NCBI RefSeq assembly: GCF_006345805.1
Contig: NC_043017.1
Location: 17,112,001 to 17,176,000 of the forward strand
Source: Octopus sinensis
Taxonomy: Eukaryota
Direction of reading: 5' to 3'
DNA: 64,000 bases
The position numbers and the translations under genes were made by a program. The notes under the pieces were generated by a model, which had not been told where the DNA came from, did no database searches, and worked only from the letters and a program-made list of their open reading frames with translations. Positions 61,642 through 64,000 of this stretch are shown piece by piece (position 1 is the stretch's first letter; every line of letters begins with the position of its first letter).

Positions 61642-62687
61642 ATAATTGTTGTTTTCTTCCAGATTTTAGATTTTCAAATTAGCACTCTGTATTTTTAAAA
61701 CCATGTTTCTTTGATTGTCGTATGTTTTTGAAGTCTGTCTTAATATTTGCAAAAGTTTGGGCTGTGTAGTTTAAATATTGAGACTACCAGCAACACTATT
61801 GCTTTTCCATCTCTTTCTCCTCATCTTTTATGTAAACACTCACACAAATTGTCGACTCTCTTTGCCGCTGTGGCTAATGAAAAAATCATCATCATCATCA
61901 TCATTTTCCGTAGAGGTCGATGAAATAAGTACCAGTTAAGCACTGGGGTCGATATAACCGACTAGGTCCCTCCCTCAAATTTTCAGATCTTGTGCCTATA
62001 ATAGAAAGTGTTATTATTCTTATTGCTATTGTTAAATGTATCTAATTTAAGCACATGGCCAGTTATTTTGGAAAGAACAGGCTAATCGATATCAGCGCCC
62101 CACAGTGCGTGACTGATAGTTTATTTTATCGACGTCGTTGATATAAAATGCAAAGACTACCCCACGCAGGATTTGAACTCAGAACACAAAGGTGCGAAAA
62201 AATGTCGCAAAGTTTATTTGCTCAGCTGAATGCTTGCCGCCAACACAGATGTTTGCTGAGAAGGTGTTTGTTTTTTATTTTTGTTTTTTTTTTTGAGAAT
62301 CACTGATTGAAATCTGTATTTTATTTTCTTAGTTTCTTTTACCAACAGTAAAATGATTTCGAGACATTTAAACATCCGACTCATTTCCTGGAGTGACAAA
62401 AATATCCTCTAAACCTTGTTGCTGTGTTTATATTACGGAGCGGTCGTCGTTTGTTGTGTTCATTTGTGGTTGCAGCGGCAAGAGATGCTAGCAATAGTGT
62501 TGCTGGTAGTCTCAATATTTAAACTACGCAGCCCGAACTTTTGCAAATATTAAGACAGACTTCAAAAACATACGACAATCAAACAAACATGGTTTTAAAA
62601 ATACAGAGTGCTAATTTGAAAATCTAAAATCTGGAAGAAATGCAACTTTAGCAAAAACGGAAGCAAAAAATAGCAACAACAATTATC
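61642..62687. repeat. Inverted repeat: 151-bp arms (61653-61803 / 62490-62640), 3 mismatches, ~690-bp spacer
   Basis: tttcttccagattttagattttc...caacactattgct versus agcaatagtgttg...aatctggaagaaa. Confidence 0.92.
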
Positions 62688-63680
62688 TTTCGCTAGCATT
62701 GGAAGTGAAAGTGCGGTGAGGGATATGAACTAGCGTCAACGAAAGGATATCTTCTGCACACAGCAATAAATAAATGAATGTAGGACACATTTGTAGTAAC
62801 TATCAAATCTTGAAGCATTGTTGACTGTTCATTATTTCATTGTGTTTTCGAATATTTTTGCAATATATTCTCAAGACCCTTTCTTTCTTCGGTAGTTTGT
62901 ATATTTGGGGAATGTGAAACTCAGAATAACGCATCGAAAACCTACGTCTTCTTGAGATAGTATCTTACATAAAAGGGCACTTAGTTAAAAATGTCCTGGT
63001 TCCGGCAGAAAATTCTCAAATAGAAAATAAACACCAAAATAATTCTATTTCTGTCGCTTTCTCTTCCTGTGTCTCTCTTTTGCCTTCCTCTCACTCTCTT
63101 TCTCTCTCTTTCCCTCCCTAATACTTTACTTTTTCCTCCCCTCTAACTTTCTGTCTATCCTTCTCTAGTCTCCATTCCTACACGACATTTTCATTTTCCT
63201 TTGCGTTACTCCACGTCAATGTCTTGCTGCCGCGCGGCTGCTTTTGTTGTATATGTATGTTTTATTTTGTCGTGTTTCTTTTCGTCATTGTCCTGCACAT
63301 TTGTTGGTTATCACCAGTGTCTTTTTTTGCCACTGGCACCGCCACCAGGGAACAATATCAACATTAAAGGCGCAAAATTGTAAATGATCTTTCAACGTTG
63401 ACTCATGAGGACTAAGCTGCAAATTTACTATTTATGCTTTCGTAATATTTCCCTTTGTTGCATTTTTGTTAGATTTTTGATATATACACATACCTATTTA
63501 CATAAACATTCACACAAATGTACATATGTATATTATGTACACACATATACACATTATGTATTAAGTACACACATGTACGCATATATATTCATACGCATAC
63601 ACACATGCATATATACACACATAGAGATATAAACACGTGTATACATCCTTACATGTGCATATATACACATATATATATAT

Positions 63681-63910
63681 TTCTTTACTACCCACAAGGG
63701 GCTAAACACAGAGGGGACAAACAAGGGCAGACAAACGGATTAAGTCGATTACATCGAAACCAGTGCGTAACTGGTACTTAATTTATCGACCCCGAAAGGA
63801 TGAAAGGCAAAGTTGACCTCGCCGGAATTTGAACTCAGAACGTAACGGCAGACGAAATACGGCTACGCATTTCGCCCGGCGTGCTAACGTTTCTGCCAGC
63901 TCGCCGCCTT
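63681..63910 (-). mobile_element. tRNA-derived SINE family D
   Basis: Near-identical to 57654-57887. Confidence 0.9.
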
Positions 63911-64000
63911 TATATATATATATTATATATATGCGTGTATACAGACGCACATAATACATATATACCATGTACATACATAAGTCTGTGTATACACGTGTTT

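Noticed and set aside
28400-64000. A second host gene or tandem annexin paralogue
   Set aside because: No exon-like segment with coherent splice sites and a recognisable non-transposon protein was found. Small exons could still be missed.

Overview
AT-rich, microsatellite-saturated eukaryotic DNA. The SINE families look like those of Octopus (recalled, not verified by search). The only host gene I can support is the 3' half of an annexin on the + strand: 5 GT-AG exons between 138 and 27299, covering the end of repeat II and repeats III-IV, ending at TAA. The rest is a transposon graveyard: at least four SINE-like families, CR1-clade LINEs (a tandem-duplicated 5'-truncated copy and a near-full-length frameshifted copy with CCCH fingers in ORF1), RTE and RLE-type LINE ends, many Penelope-like (PLE) RT and GIY-YIG remnants, piggyBac and pogo-type TIR elements, and several fold-back palindromes. 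The most interesting hidden signal is about 15 minimal type I hammerhead-ribozyme-like motifs invisible to the ORF track. Several lie just 3' of GIY-YIG remnants. One has a fully canonical core, and some show compensatory changes at the tertiary 3-8 pair (U3-A8, A3-U8). They occur as an inverted pair, as a direct pair 352 nt apart, and in mini-elements embedded in (TA)n. Most ORFs in the supplied track are artefacts of microsatellites or SINEs. There is one 100-N assembly gap at 60702-60801.
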